A stretch of DNA of 64,000 nucleotides from the human T2T-CHM13v2.0 reference genome, Homo sapiens. Location: assembly GCF_009914755.1 (NCBI RefSeq), contig NC_060926.1. One strand, 5' to 3'. Under the pieces are notes generated by a model. It did not search any database, had not been told where the DNA came from, and saw only the letters and a list, made by a program, of their open reading frames with translations. A program made the translations under genes and the position numbers. Each line of letters opens with the position of its first letter. Position 1 is the stretch's first letter. Shown here piece after piece: positions 26,751 to 42,099 of the stretch.

Positions 26751-27614
26751 CTGGAGCATATTTGCAGCCTGAACAATCACTGACACAGGATGGCAACATG
26801 CAGTGCTGGGACCAGGGCTTGCAGAAGGCACCAGGGGGCAGGCTCCCAGGATAGAAGACGACTGGAAGCTTGGAGAGCATGTGAGGCCCTTTTCACCTGA
26901 GATGGGAAGGAAGGCAGCTCCGGGCATGAGATGGAGTCATGTGCCCAGCTTGGGGGAGGGACAGGGAAGTGGCATGTTAAAAGCACTCTCTCAGAATGTT
27001 GGGGGCACTGCATATTGAGACCCAGGTCCTGCCTTTTCTTTCCAAGCTGATGTTCTTTGTAAGGATGAATCTTGGATTTTCAGCTTTTGCCGGCCACCGG
27101 CTGACAAGGTGACCTGTTGAAGGCTGGCCACTGGGCCAGGGCTGGGGAATGTCCAGACTCTAGATAGCACCTGGAAGTACTAGATTCAGGGTCTACTCTC
27201 CTTTGCTGTGGTTCAGGGAAGGCTCCTCAGGTGCAGGGTCCCAGCTACAGAGCCTTTTGAGCTTCCTGTATCGAGCAAGCACCAATTACCCATACAAATT
27301 AGCAGTGAACTGGATGCCAGGAATGCTGATGCCTTTCTCAAAAAGCCCCAGCCTGGGCACCAACCATGGGCATACTGCCTCCAGAAGACTGCTTCCCATG
27401 AGCCACACCTCTGGGGAACAGTCACTGGAACAGCAGGGGGCCAACTGATCCAACGTCCATGTTATTGCTCAACAGCAGCCCGCGGCATATGGTGACGGGA
27501 AATGGGCTCACAGTTCAGCCAAAGGGCTGCTGTCTTTGATGATGCAACAACTGCCTTATCTGTGACATGGCAATCTAGAGGGTTCAGAAGGGGAGCTCTT
27601 CCACCCTCAGCAAC

Positions 27615-27877
27615 CTCTGTTGCTCAAGCCAGAAATCTGGGAGCTGCCCCTAACTCCTTCCCCCCAAGTCCTGCCCCCAGCAGGAGTCCTGTGGGTCACT
27701 TGCCATGTCTGCCTCTCTCTGTGGGCCCAGCCTGGGCTTGGTCAGTCCTCATCATCATGCCCAACCCCCTTTAGGAGGGCATTTGCCTTCATTGCCAGGG
27801 GCAGGAGGCCTGCTAGTTGGGGGGAGGAGGGGCAGGTTGGGGATGGCCATGGGCCTGTCCCCCTACCAGGAGGCCCT
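27615..27877 (-). repeat. Inverted repeat, right arm
   Basis: Inverted copy of 25907-26170 with a 1444-bp spacer. Confidence 0.95.
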
Positions 27878-28399
27878 CAGGTTGACTGTAGGTGACCTGG
27901 GCAGGTGTGGCCAGGTGGTTGTAAAGACACTGGAGGGGGTGAGGACCATCTTATGGCCTGGGGGTGGAAAGACTGTGGCTGCTGCTGCCTCTCTGGGGAT
28001 GATCTCCACATAGTCACATAGCACTAATGGGGACCATTCAGTCTCAGACTGACTTCCCTGATCTGGGCAGCAGAGACTCTGGCTATAAAATTCCTGTTTT
28101 ATGAGGTTCTCTGGGAAGCCAAAACTCCCCTGGCAGGCCTACCAGGGCAGCCCCAGAGGAGCTCTGCAGAGGAAGCCTCGCTGCCAGGACACATTGCATC
28201 TTAGTCACGCTACGAACAACTCAGTTCTCAAAAGCCCAAACACCCAGCCGGCTGTCACAGATCTCAGAGGAGGTCTCTGGCTTCATTATGAAGGGCTGAC
28301 CATGAATAATGACCCCAAGATCCGGCTCCCGTTGACCCAGGCACAGTAAGAGAAACAGGGTGCAGGGGAAAGTCAGTGCAAGTCCAAGTCTCCGCCTCC

Positions 28400-28895
28400 A
28401 TTCTTCGTCAGTCCCCTAAAAGTCCCCCTAGTAGACCTGAGAGAGGGCAGTGCACTGACTCTCCCAGGGAAGAGGATTCATGTGCAAGTGACTCATTGAG
28501 GAAATGTTCCCAGGAGAGACCCGCGAAAAGAGAGGGGAAGCAGGGAGGGACAGGGAAGAAGCTAAGTCAGGGTGTGATTTCAGTTGAAGCCCCAGCCTCT
28601 GCCTGACCCCGCAGGAGCTCCAGAGCATAGAGTAACGTGCGTCTGTCATCCTAGAGATAAAGAACCTGAGCTTTCACGTTCCTACATGAATTGGGACTTA
28701 ACTTCAATCTGTCCCAGGTGCATAGAAACTCTTGGCACTTCTAGATCTCCTACAGTCCGGGTGAGGCAGCTCCAGTGACCCGAAAGTAGCTTTCAAAGGT
28801 GCACACTCTTAGAAGCAAAGCTTTCAGGAGCTGGGGATGGACACACAGGACTGGCAAAGGGTATGTGGGTAGAGCCCAGTGGCATCCTTTACACC
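28400..28895. mobile_element. ERVL-class LTR (LTR33/LTR16-like)
   Basis: 'aggattcatgtgcaagtgactcattgaggaaatgttcccaggaga...cagcctctgcctgaccccgcaggagctccagagc'. Confidence 0.6.
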
Positions 28896-30459
28896 TGGTG
28901 ATGTCATTGGTTAGAGGTTGCCTCCCAGAGCTGAGAAAATGTATTAAAAGGCCTCTTTGCTCCCAGAGCTCTGAAACATTTGCCTAGGTGGTAGGCCCAA
29001 ATTTTTGCAAACTGCCTATTCCGTTTCCTGGGTGGGTGCCCACAGGCCGGACCTAAAGCCAAGTCTCTCGTTCCCACCAAAAGGACAAATCCTCTGTTCT
29101 GTCAGGATTAGACATACCAGCCTGTTGCTTTCAATCTTAGCAAGAGGTAGCCACTTCTTGTTCTGTAAACTTCAAATGTGGGATCACAGTGACTACCCCC
29201 ACTGATCCCTGTCACAACATTCCACCCAACAGAGGCCCCAGTTGAAAACCATCCACCCTCTTCCCAGAGTGGATCACACTGGCCTGGCCTTCGGCTCCCA
29301 GGCAGGAACCTCTGGGCTGTGTGGTTTTAGTGTTGAACAGATGTGTCCTGAGAACCTTGATGCCCACCTCACAACTCTGGAATCACATAGGAAAAGAAAA
29401 AATCCCGTTTTTAAGTGGGATAAGGGAGAACTGGTCCCTAGGCCCCTCCTTTCTCTCTGGGACTTGGAGCATTAGGTTCAGCTGTGTAGCTTTTGTATGA
29501 TCAGCACAAAGACTAGACTAAGGGACATGACAAGCACCCACTCCTGCAAGGGCTCCAAGCCATCAAGGCTGTGCACTTGGGCCATGACCTGGGCCTTTCA
29601 GAACTAAAGTCAATAAACTCTGAACCTGAACCTGAGCTCTTGCAGAGAAGCAATGGAAGATAGACTCTGTGGTCATGGTTCACTTTTCTTTTGGTTACAA
29701 AGAAGCTGCCATCAAAATGTTATTAGGAACCAACCATAGTTTGCATTTTTTAATATAATTTTTCCCTTACTTTCCTTTTACTCTCTCCACACCCTGCCAG
29801 GTTAGGGGGCTATCTACCCAGACATTTCCTTTTGAGGATTCCTTAATTTTCATGGAAAGTAGCAATCTTCTTGCCTTCTTGCTCAGCAGAGCTCATGGCC
29901 ATGTCTTAAATCAACAACAGAGGATATTTTCACTCTGGTTGTTTGCCTGAAATTTTAACCTGAATTCTGCTACTCAGTTCTATTCAAAAGCTTGGTTTAT
30001 AGAAATGGTCATCATGAGGGTAGGAGGGTGATTCGTGGTAATATTGAAAATCTCATTCCCAAATCAAGCCCCGCCATCCTGTCATGACAGAGCTCCTACC
30101 TGGGCCACATGGCTTTGAACTCCCCTATAATTGCTGTTATTTAATTGTCTTTTGGGCCTCAGCTTGCATTTCATTTCTATAATCAGTACTAAGTTTTGTA
30201 TAACTGTATATATGGTTTGAAACTTTGTAAAGTTATCTGAAATGTACTATTTATTATGAGGAATTGCATAAACCTCATCTGTCACAGTACCTATTGCTCC
30301 CAGGAGCAATTCATAGGAGAAAAATCTCTCTGATCTCATGGCCAAGAAGCCACAGCCACTGGTCTGCTTTTGAGAATCCTATAAATCATCATCTGTTTCT
30401 CTTTGCTTCAGCTGTTAGGAAGCTCCAAGCCAAATTAGCATCCTATCTCTATTAGCACA

Positions 30460-30830
30460 TGTGTGAGAGTTTCTATAGACTAGCTGGGTGGGGGGACGCA
30501 CATCTTCAACTTTACTGGGTATTATCAATTTATTGTCCATGGAGCCTGCAGCAATTTACACTCCCATCAAGTGAGCCACAGGGTTCCTGCTTCCCCCTGT
30601 CATCATGTCATGATGCTTGCTTTTTGCCAAGCTGAGATGTCTGAAGTGGAACCTCATTGCTTCTTCAATTTGTATTTTCCCAATTTTTCAGGGGCACCTT
30701 TTCATGTATTTATTGGCCTTGGGGTTAACTCACTTGCAAGTTGCTTGTTCAGAGCTTTCGTCCCTTTTGTTCCATCAAAGTATTTTTCTTTTCCCCGTTG
30801 GTTTCCCAATGATTTGTAAGATCTTCCTTT
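30460..30830 (-). mobile_element. Ancient L1ME-like fragment
   Basis: 'gcagcaatttacactcccatcaagtgagc...caccttttcatgtatttattggcc'. Confidence 0.7.
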
Positions 30831-31129
30831 TACTCCTGACTTCATCTTATGCTCTAATCTGTTTTGCCCCCATCTTGATTTCATTCACTATTTATTTTTA
30901 TATTATTGCTATTATCTGCTCAGACCCTGACACTCAGCAGTGCTGCCCACCAGGGAGAGTCCAGGTCCAGACCCATTCCCTCCCACCAATGCCCAGCATC
31001 CCTCTAGGGCTGGGGCCTGGCACAAGACCCTCTGCCCAGCATGTGCTGCATTCACCCTGGGAGCCCAGATCTTTGAGTCCTCTCTGGACCTGCTCGGGGA
31101 GATAAGAGGCCATTTCAGGCATGGGGGGT

Positions 31130-31370
31130 GGAGTGTGGACAGAAAAGGGGCTCTGGAGTTAGGCAGGCCTGGGTTCAAAGGCTGTCTCAAGTCCTTCCCA
31201 GCATGTAACCTCCAGCTGAATGGTAAGTTCTTCTGGTCTTGGTTTTCTCATCCTTGTGATGAGAATAACAGTAAGACCAATATCTTGGAACCAATGAGGA
31301 TTTAAATAAGAAAACTAGATGTAGACATCTCATGCAGCCACCTGGGCCTTTCAGTGAGGGGCTTGTTGAA
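31130..31370 (-). mobile_element. MIR
   Basis: 'gctctggagttaggcaggcctgggttcaaa...tcttggttttctcatccttgtgat'. Confidence 0.7.
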
Positions 31371-31449
31371 TCTTAATTATCTGTGATATTTGTGGGCTGA
31401 GGGGTCTCCCCAGGGCCCTCCTTGCTGCCCTGAGCTGGCCATGCCAACC

Positions 31450-31960
31450 TTCTGAGGGATGTCCACCTCTGGCCCTTCTCCCTCTTCCTTGCAGCCTTTG
31501 GGGGCTGAACCACAGCAGTCAGCCCTCCTGGGTTTCCCACCTAGTGTCTCTGCTGGCTCCTGCCCATCTCAGTTGAGCAGCTGCAGATCAATCCACGGGA
31601 GCTCCACCACACCCCACCCCTGCTCACACTCTGCCACCATTGCCTCCTACCCACTGAGATGGAACTCCTCTCTCTCGAGCTGAAAGCTCACACCATCTCC
31701 ACACTGGGCTCTCCACACACCCCTCTCCCCAGCAGGGACCTCGGCTCTCACCTGCCAGCCTCCACGCCAATGCTCATGCATTTGTCCGTGCCTGGAATCT
31801 CAACCACTGTGAAATCGACTTGCCCTTCAAGGCCCTAAGCAAATCCCACTCCCTGCACAAGACCTTCCCAGGAGTCACCCACTACCCTCACATTCCTGGT
31901 GCTCAGCTCCCTGTTACTCTGCTACCCTTGCTTGGCTGTGCTTCACTGATGATTGCCTAT
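31450..31960 (+). mobile_element. L2 fragments
   Basis: 'gctcatgcatttgtccgtgcctggaat...cccttcaaggccctaagcaaatcccactccctgcacaagaccttccc'. Confidence 0.5.
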
Positions 31961-33959
31961 CTGGTTGAGCACCCAGCTGTGGGGCCAGGTGGAGGCTCCT
32001 CTTGCCAAGAGATTGGCCCTGGGGAAGAGCTGTGTCCATCCCGAGGAAGGAGTGCCTTTGTCTAACATGCGCAAAGGTACCATGTGGGCCAGCGGCAGCC
32101 CCATCCTGCCCTAAGACAGGAAGTGCTCAGTTCAAGGTGGGGCAGGACATACATGTGGGCTCGGCTGCCCTTGCCAGACAGCACCCTTGCCGAATGGGCA
32201 AGTCAGCAGCCTCTCTCTCGAAGCTGCCCCTTCTGTCCCCCCATGCTGCTCCACAGTTTCTCAGGGTTCAGGAATTGTCCCCCGCTGGAGTCAGATCTAG
32301 AGGAAGGTCCCATGCCTTCCTTTTCCAGGAGTTGTTGGACATTGAGACCTAAAACCCAGAGAACAGCCAAACCCAGGAGACATAGGTGCCAGGCTGCAGC
32401 CCATCCTGTAACTACAAGGCGGTACAGCTCCCTGGGGCCAGGCCAGCAGCACTGGCTTCCTGCAAAGCTTGACCAGAGTGCCAGCCAAGCCTCCGGGGGA
32501 GGAGGTGAGGAAGGAGAACAGAGAGGAAGAGGAGGGTGGGGAGGCTACCGAAGGGAGAAAACCGGCTAAGCCAGGGCCCCTCCAAGAGCCCTGCAGGCTG
32601 TTGACTGCATGAAGAAGGGCTACCGGAAGGCCAGTGACAACTGAAATCATTCCCCCTCCATTTGCTGCGTGTTTCCTGCCCAGGACGGGGACTCCAGAGG
32701 AAAGGGTGTCTAGAGAAAGAGCAAACCTTCCCTGGGGACCACCTTGAGATGTCATCCCTTTGTCCTTTTTTCACTCCCTCCTGGCCCTGCTTCTGCCCTA
32801 ACCCAGGATGGGGAGAGGGGAGGCTTCATGTAAGGAGGACCCAGAAGTCACACTCCCAGAGGGGCAGGGTGGCCTGGGGCCTGGCCTTCTGCAGACCCCT
32901 GGGCCAGCTCCCAACAGCCTGGTCTGTGGAAATTGGATGATGTCCCCCTCCCTTGACGCCCCAGCCCCTGCCTCCTCCTCTCTAGCCCCAGTTGGCAGGG
33001 CTTAACTGGACACTCCCTCTGTCTGAGGCCAGTCCCCACCGGGAACCTGGCCAAACCGTCTGAGGCCAGGACGCATGGACAAAACAACCCAGGCCACCTC
33101 TGCCTCCACCCTATGGTGTGCACATCTCCCCTGGCCAGAGCACTGCCCAAGAGGAGGCATCATGTTCTCCCACAACTCCAGGGCTGGGACATTCTCGGGC
33201 CAAGAGCCAGGAGAGTCCAGCGCAGCAGGCACCTATGCTGACACTCATTTGGTCCAAACTCTTCATTTTGTTGGGGCAACTGTGGTCCTGGAAGGGGCAG
33301 TGGCTAACTGTCTCAGGCTCTCCAACAGCCCAGAAGCTCTCTGCAAGGCCCAGGGGTCCCCCTGATTGCTGTAGCAGGATCCCACATCCCTTCTTCTTGG
33401 GGAAATGATAGAGTTGGTTACATGTGCTTTGTCATCAACTCTATTTGAAAACTGTGAAAGGATCCGAGCTGCTTGGGAAGAGGCAGAGGGAGGCCAGTAA
33501 TAGTTTAGTCTTAACAAAATAAAATTTTATGTTCCTTAAATACATGAAGTCACCCAGAACGGCCATTAACAAAGTGTGGTCAAGGAAAGGTACTGGCTGC
33601 CTCAGAGATGAGGTCAGAGTTCACTTGTGATTGGCATGCTAACTGCTCCCATGCAACCGGGTGTTGCCAAAGGGCACAGCACTCCCTCTGCCATCTGGAA
33701 CACAACACTTGCCCGGAGGCCAGTAGCTCCTGTTATTATTATCTTGTTCCCACTAGGAGTTTGTTCAGCACATGTTCCCATCAGCAGGGTCCAATTCCTC
33801 TCTGGCCTTGTAAAAGCATCACAAATTCTAAATTAGAGGTGTCTGAGCTAACGAGGGCCTCTCCCTACTCTTCTTAAGTTTCTTCCATTGTGTGTTTCTC
33901 ATCCCCACCACCGTCTCCCGGCTAGATCTTTAATTCCACAGAGACAGGGACCATGTCTT

Positions 33960-34300
33960 CTATTTCATCCATTCAACAAGTATTGATTGACCACCTGCCA
34001 TGGGTTGTACCAGGTGCTTTGGGGAATACAAAACATGAGAAAGCCACGTCTCTGCCCTCAAGAAAGAGACGATGGCTCTGAGTGACTGCGTTGCCTTGCT
34101 TTGTGTAGCCATCAGTATTTTTAATGCTATTTTAGACTCTAGCTCCTTTAATACCCACAATAGTCCTGAGGGGGTGGGAGGAGCTATATTGTTTCCACAT
34201 GTCAGATGGGTAAACTGGGGCTCAGAAAAGCTACCTGACTCCCCCAGAGCCACACAGCCTATTGGTTGTGAAGCTTGAGCTAGAACCCCTGGTTTCCTAT
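33960..34300. mobile_element. L2 3' end (antisense) followed by MIR
   Basis: 'ttcatccattcaacaagtattgattgaccacct' (L2 tail) and 'cagatgggtaaactggggctcagaaaag' (MIR core). Confidence 0.65.
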
Positions 34301-35307
34301 CCTTTCTAACAGGGGGCAGTTAGGGACATGCATGCTCACACACACAACCTCCTCTGCCAGCTTGTTGGAGGAGGCTGGATCATGCCCTCCTCTTCTTTGG
34401 CCTTGCCTAAGATAGCCCCAAATGTCCCCATCCCCATCCCAGCATGTACAGTTTAAGCAAGTGTAGCTTCATGAAAGTAGAGTCTGTTCTCCCTCACTGG
34501 GGGCTTAAAAAAGAAAATGAGAAAAGCAATGAAAAAAATGATATAAGAAATTTTGTATTTAGCCAAATGCTCATAGGAGAGGAGGGGCCTAACTGGCAGG
34601 AAGCACCCCCCAACTGCACTCAGCGCCTCCCACAGGGTTCTGCCAAGAGCTCTGCGAAGGAGGTGTCTATCTGTTCAGTGGGTGGATTTTGCACACAGCT
34701 TTAAAGAAAACAGAGGCCCCCTAGTTGGCTATAACATTGTCCTGTGGGCTCCCTGGGGACAATAAAGTGGTTCCATCCCAGGAAGCAGCCAGCAGGCAAT
34801 GATTTTGTGTCTGAAATGCACGCCAGCCTTTTATCTCTAACCCAAAGGGGCCAAGCATGAGTGTGCTGATGGCTTGGTGTCGCCCATCTTCACTGCTAGG
34901 GACAGAGCTCTGGGGCAAAAATGGAAGCCTGGTGAACTAAACCGGGATGGGGCACTGGGTATCCTCTCTTCCCTTTTCACAAAGTCCCCCCTGTTTATTC
35001 CATGTATTCCATTGCTTGACTGCTAGACGATGCTAGCTCCCCTGAGGACATTTCGTGGATGTGGCCAGCCAGGCGCGAGGGGCTGGGGGAAGGGGAGAAG
35101 GCAGATGTTGCCACCTGGCCTTCACTCCACAGGCCTGGGTGGAAGTGGGCAGTCAACTTAAAGAGTAAAGAGTCCATATGGGAGGAAGCGACTTCTGGGG
35201 AGGAGGCAGGGTTAGACCCCAGAGGGGCCTGCCTGGGAGCTCCCTCTCAGGGATCACAGCAGAAGAGAAACATCTCACGAGTCTGGGGAAGTTTTGTCCC
35301 AGGATAG

Positions 35308-35498
35308 CTGTGGTTTTCAAACTTGAGTGCACATCAGAATCCTCTGGGGGGCTTGGGAATATACAGATTCCAGGGCCTCACCTCTTCCCACCTCCAGTTT
35401 CTGATTTATATTTTTGGTCTGGGGTGAGGCCCAAGAATTTGTATTTCTAGTCAGTTCTCAAGTGATGCTGCTACTCTGGGGTCACTTGAAAATCACTG
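35308..35498. mobile_element. MER5A (hAT-Charlie)
   Basis: 'gtggttttcaaacttgagtgcacatcagaatc...ggcccaagaatttgtatttct...cacttgaaaatcactg'. Confidence 0.85.
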
Positions 35499-35704
35499 GA
35501 GTTTTCTAGAAGAATTGACAAGTTGACCTGCTATAGGGGAAGGTTCAGAACAGAAGATGAGCAAATGCCTGCCTTCAAAGACCTCCTAGCCTGTTCTCCA
35601 GTGGTGGTCTGGGACAGTAAGGCAGGGAAGTGGACCAAATGGCATGGAGAGGGAGACATCAAGGCTGAGGTGAGGGATCAGGGGGAGTTGGGTGGGGCCT
35701 CCTG

Positions 35705-35759
<55 letters not shown>
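35705..35759. repeat. (GT)n microsatellite, ~27 units
   Basis: Directly visible, with one GC interruption. Confidence 0.97.
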
Positions 35760-35760
<1 letters not shown>

Positions 35761-36429
35761 TGGGGAGATGGAGTTAGCCTTTCCCTGCCTTGGGAGTTCA
35801 TTGGAACTGCTAGCTCTGCTTCCACTTCCTACTATTTGACCTCATATAAGTGTCCACAGCTTTCTAGGACTCTTCCTAACATGAAAGTAATTTCATGGGG
35901 ATTCCTCTCTGTGTCTTCTCCATCCTCCATGCCAAGCCAAACCCCTGCCTCCTCCGGGAAGGCTTCTTTGGCTGCTCCAGCCCTTCTGGGCCTGTGCTCC
36001 TGGCTCTCCCCAGGCCACAGAGGCTGGACCACATGTGTTCCTTCTCCTATTGAGCTCCTAGTGGCCTTCACGTGGCTGGGCCACAGCAGGAACTCCACGA
36101 AAAATACTAAGCTGACTTAGATTTAGAGCAGAGCTAAGACAGCCAAGAGTGGGAGGCAAGGGATGGCAAGGCCACGGGCTCCCAACTGCTGAGCTAAAAG
36201 TGGAAAGTACGATCACAGCCGCGGAGGCTTGGCCTTCTTCCTTCTCTCTCCATCTGCTTTGCAAGGAAGGGAGCAGAGAGAGGCCACAGCACGTTACTCA
36301 CTTGCTGAAGTCATGGACTGAGGCAGTCAGGGTGAGAGGGTTAGGGAAGGAGGCTGACCTTTCTGTCCCAATGAATGTCCTTTCTAGCCTCTCTACTTAC
36401 TCAGGCCCCAAATTAGGACATTTCCTGGC

Positions 36430-36900
36430 CCTCATCCAGTTCCTCAGGAAGTCCATCAAGTCTTCCTTTAACATACACTCACAGCCATCCATGCCCCCTG
36501 CCTCTCACTGACACCGCCCTTGTCCGGGCCACCTTCACTCGCCTGGCCCCTGCAGTAGCGTCCGCTCTTGACACTCTGCTCTAACTCCTGTTCCCTCTAA
36601 TCCACGCCAGCCAGAGTGAGATTTCAGAACTGTAGGTTAGTTTCATCCCTTCCCTGATTAATGCTTTGAAAGGCTCCTCATTGCTCCTATTGACAGAATA
36701 AAATCCCAACTCCTTGCCATGGCCTTCCAGCCCGGAGCTGGTCCCTGCTCCCTGCTCACATCTCCCAGCACCCCCGCTGCTCTCCTCCTCACTTTCCTGT
36801 GCTGTGGCCACATCAGCCACCTGTGTGTGTTGGGGCCCTCACCCCCAGCCTTTCTGCACAGGCTCTTCTTCTGTCAGAAATGCCCTCCCTGCAACTCCTA
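36430..36900 (+). mobile_element. L2
   Basis: 'gccagccagagtgagatttcagaactgtagg...gaataaaatcccaactccttgccatggccttc'. Confidence 0.75.
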
Positions 36901-38724
36901 ACGCAGTCACTGGTTCATCTACAAATCAGGCACACGCTATAAGCTAATGACCACTGGAGGATGGCGTGATTGGATGTTGTAGACAACAATAGCTCCAGGA
37001 GGGGTTAGACAGAAAGAATTCGCAGCCCCATGGCAGGCTTGAGGGCAACAGGTTTCAAAGGAAGTGGATTCTCAACTTTTTATTCCTCCTACTGGGAGAC
37101 CCAGACACCTCTGAGGCTCAGACAAGCAGGGATTCTTCCCAGCGCCCCCGGGAGGCCTGAGGTCCTGCCTCCTGCCTGGGTGGGCATCAGGAAAGCTCAG
37201 GGGCAGGCCCGGGCTGCCATCCACATCATACTCCATGTGAATGATCCCCTGTGGTGTGAGCCGCCTGCGGTGTCCTGTGGAAGACACTGTGAGAATCTGT
37301 TTCTTAGGGGAGCCGGGAAATAGACCAGTGATGCCTTTTCTTGGGAGGAGGGGTCAGTGAAAATAAGGAACTCACGTCCACTTCCAGGTTTCCACACAAT
37401 GGCTTCTGCAGGGGGAGTGATAGGGATGCCGGGGAAAGTAGGAGCCATTTGGATTTCAATTATCTCTGGAGCTCTGCCTCATCCCCTAAGGGTCAGCTTT
37501 ATTTCACGTGTTTGTTGCTACGAGGGCCTCTGGTTAAGGTGATCCTAAGTGATCAATAAGAAGCAAAATGACAGTATGTGATCCCTGTGTCCCTACCCCA
37601 CTTTGGATCCTGCATCCCATTCTACAGATGGCTGAACTGATAGGCCAACCCCATTGTCACTGGGCTCCAGGACAATTACAGAAACGAATAGCTGTGAAGC
37701 CCCTAGCACAGTGCCTATCACAGGCTAATCACAGTTGTCCTGGGTTCTGTTGATGGAGCAGCGATGGGGGCGGGGATTTTGGAACAACAAGAACTTCCTG
37801 GCACCTCTAAAATTATACTCCAAAGAGAAAGAATTGGAAGAAAGAGAAGAAAAGGGGGAATGACAGTACTGCTTCCCGATATGCTTCTAATTTGGAGATA
37901 CTGGCAGAGGGCTGGGAGACAGCGTGGCGGGGGGAGCAGAGCCCTGACCCAGGGCCAGGAGCCTGGGGTCTAGAAGCTGCTCCTTTGAGATCTCGGGCCA
38001 TGACCTCCCCACTCTGCCTCCATTTCCCCTCTGCGCATGAAGGGGCCAAGGGGAGAGCACCCCAGGCCAGCTCCCGCCCAGCGCTGCAAGTCTGGGATTC
38101 TATTTAAGAACATGCAGCCCATCTGGTTCCCATTGAGGAGGCTGCGTTTTCTCAAATGCTGCCTCCCCCTCCCCTGCAATCCACAGATTCCCACCATGTG
38201 ACTCCATCTTCTCCCAATGGTGTCTGTTTTATGACTTGTTGTTCTGTGTGCGTGATTTGAGTTTGGGGACTTTTTTTTAATCCCCCACACACAGATTCCC
38301 CTCCCTCTTCCAGAAAACGTGGAGCCTGAACTTTTGACTGCCTGAAACCCTCAGGAGAACAGCCATGAGGACAGAGAGCAGGAGGAAATGGATGTCTCCA
38401 CCCGCCTCCTACTGCCGATGTCTCGGCTTCTTGTTCTCTGTTTGAAGCGCTAGTCCTGATGGGTCCTCACGAACCTGGGAGAGCTGAGGCTGGAGAGGCG
38501 GCTGGGAGAAAATCAGTTTGGTTTAACAGTTCAACCAGCCAGTGTTTATTGAGCCACCCAGGCCTGTATGTGCTGGAGCTGCAGAGAGGAGAAGCCAGGC
38601 TCAGGGCAGAAGGTGGCCACACGCGGCCCAGCAGGGGACAGGCTGGCTGTGGGCTGAGTGCTCACCTCCACCCTGGCAGGAGAGGGCCACAGAGAAGGCT
38701 GCCTGGAAGAGGCCATACCCCATC

Positions 38725-38856
38725 ATTTGTTCATTCAGTCATTCCACAGCTATTTATTAGGCCCCTTGTAGGTGCCAGGTCCTGTACTCATGGAAGGAGC
38801 TTATAGTCTGGAGAACAGACAAACATCAAACAGATAATGATAAACACGGAAATATA
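38725..38856 (-). mobile_element. L2 3' end, split by Tigger1 and resuming at ~41375-41650
   Basis: 'ttcattcagtcattccacagctatttattagg' before Tigger1; 'aggaagtgacatttaagc' after it. Confidence 0.65.
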
Positions 38857-41367
<2,511 letters not shown>

Positions 41368-41654
41368 TTTGCAGTTATAAAGTGTGAAAATGCTAAGAGC
41401 GATTCTAAAGGGGGTCTCACTGAAATGATCCTTAAGGAAGTGACATTTAAGCGCGATTGAAAGAAAGAGAAGGAGTTAAGAGGGAAAGCGTCTTCCTGGT
41501 GGAGGAGAGTGCATAGAGAGGCAGGAGCCTGCAAGAGCTTTCTACCTTCCAGCAACTGAAAGAAGAGCAATGCACTGAGAGCATGGGGGCGGGGTAGGGC
41601 AAAAAGCCAGGGCAGGGAGGTGGTGGCCAGATCATCTGGGCCATCGGGAGGCCA

Positions 41655-41899
41655 GGACTCAGCCTGAGGTCAGAGTCAGGGGTCATTCTGAGGTCAAGTT
41701 TAGGGGTCAGTCTGAAGCGAGGCTTATTGCACAGGCACCAGAGTGACAGGCTAGGCTCAGTCTGTGGCCAGGGTTAGGTCTTTGATGCCAGAATTAGGGG
41801 TTGGTCTGTGGCCAGGCTTAGACTCAGTCTGAATTCAGAGCGAGAGGCATTCCGAGGGCAAGTGTAGGGGTCAGTTTGAGGACAGTGTTAGGATCAGTC
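41655..41899 (+). repeat. Degenerate ~24-bp tandem array, ~10 units
   Basis: Units such as gggtcattctgaggtcaagtttag, gggttggtctgtggccaggcttag and gggtcagtttgaggacagtgttag. Confidence 0.8.
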
Positions 41900-42099
41900 A
41901 TTCATGAAATATTCACTAAGCATCTCACTGGCCAACTCCCTAGGAGTAGAATGAAGGCCCTGACTGTACCCCTGCTATCCTGCGTCTTAGAGTTAAATGG
42001 GAAAGACAGTCATTAAACAAGGAGTTGCCAGAGTAGTTCATTAATAATCATGGCGGCGAGTGCTGCGGATGAAATGTTAGGAACCTGAGACCTCAGAGC

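Noticed and set aside
25651-26927. 283- and 319-aa minus-strand ORFs, and similar peptides at 27502-28013
   Set aside because: They overlap decayed L2. The shared peptides simply reflect the DNA-level inverted duplication.
25907-27877. Inverted arms as TIRs of a novel DNA transposon
   Set aside because: No TSD, no transposase in the spacer, and L2 sequence runs continuously from the left arm into the spacer.
41655-41899. CRISPR-like array
   Set aside because: Units are head-to-tail and degenerate, with no unique spacers and no cas genes, in primate DNA.
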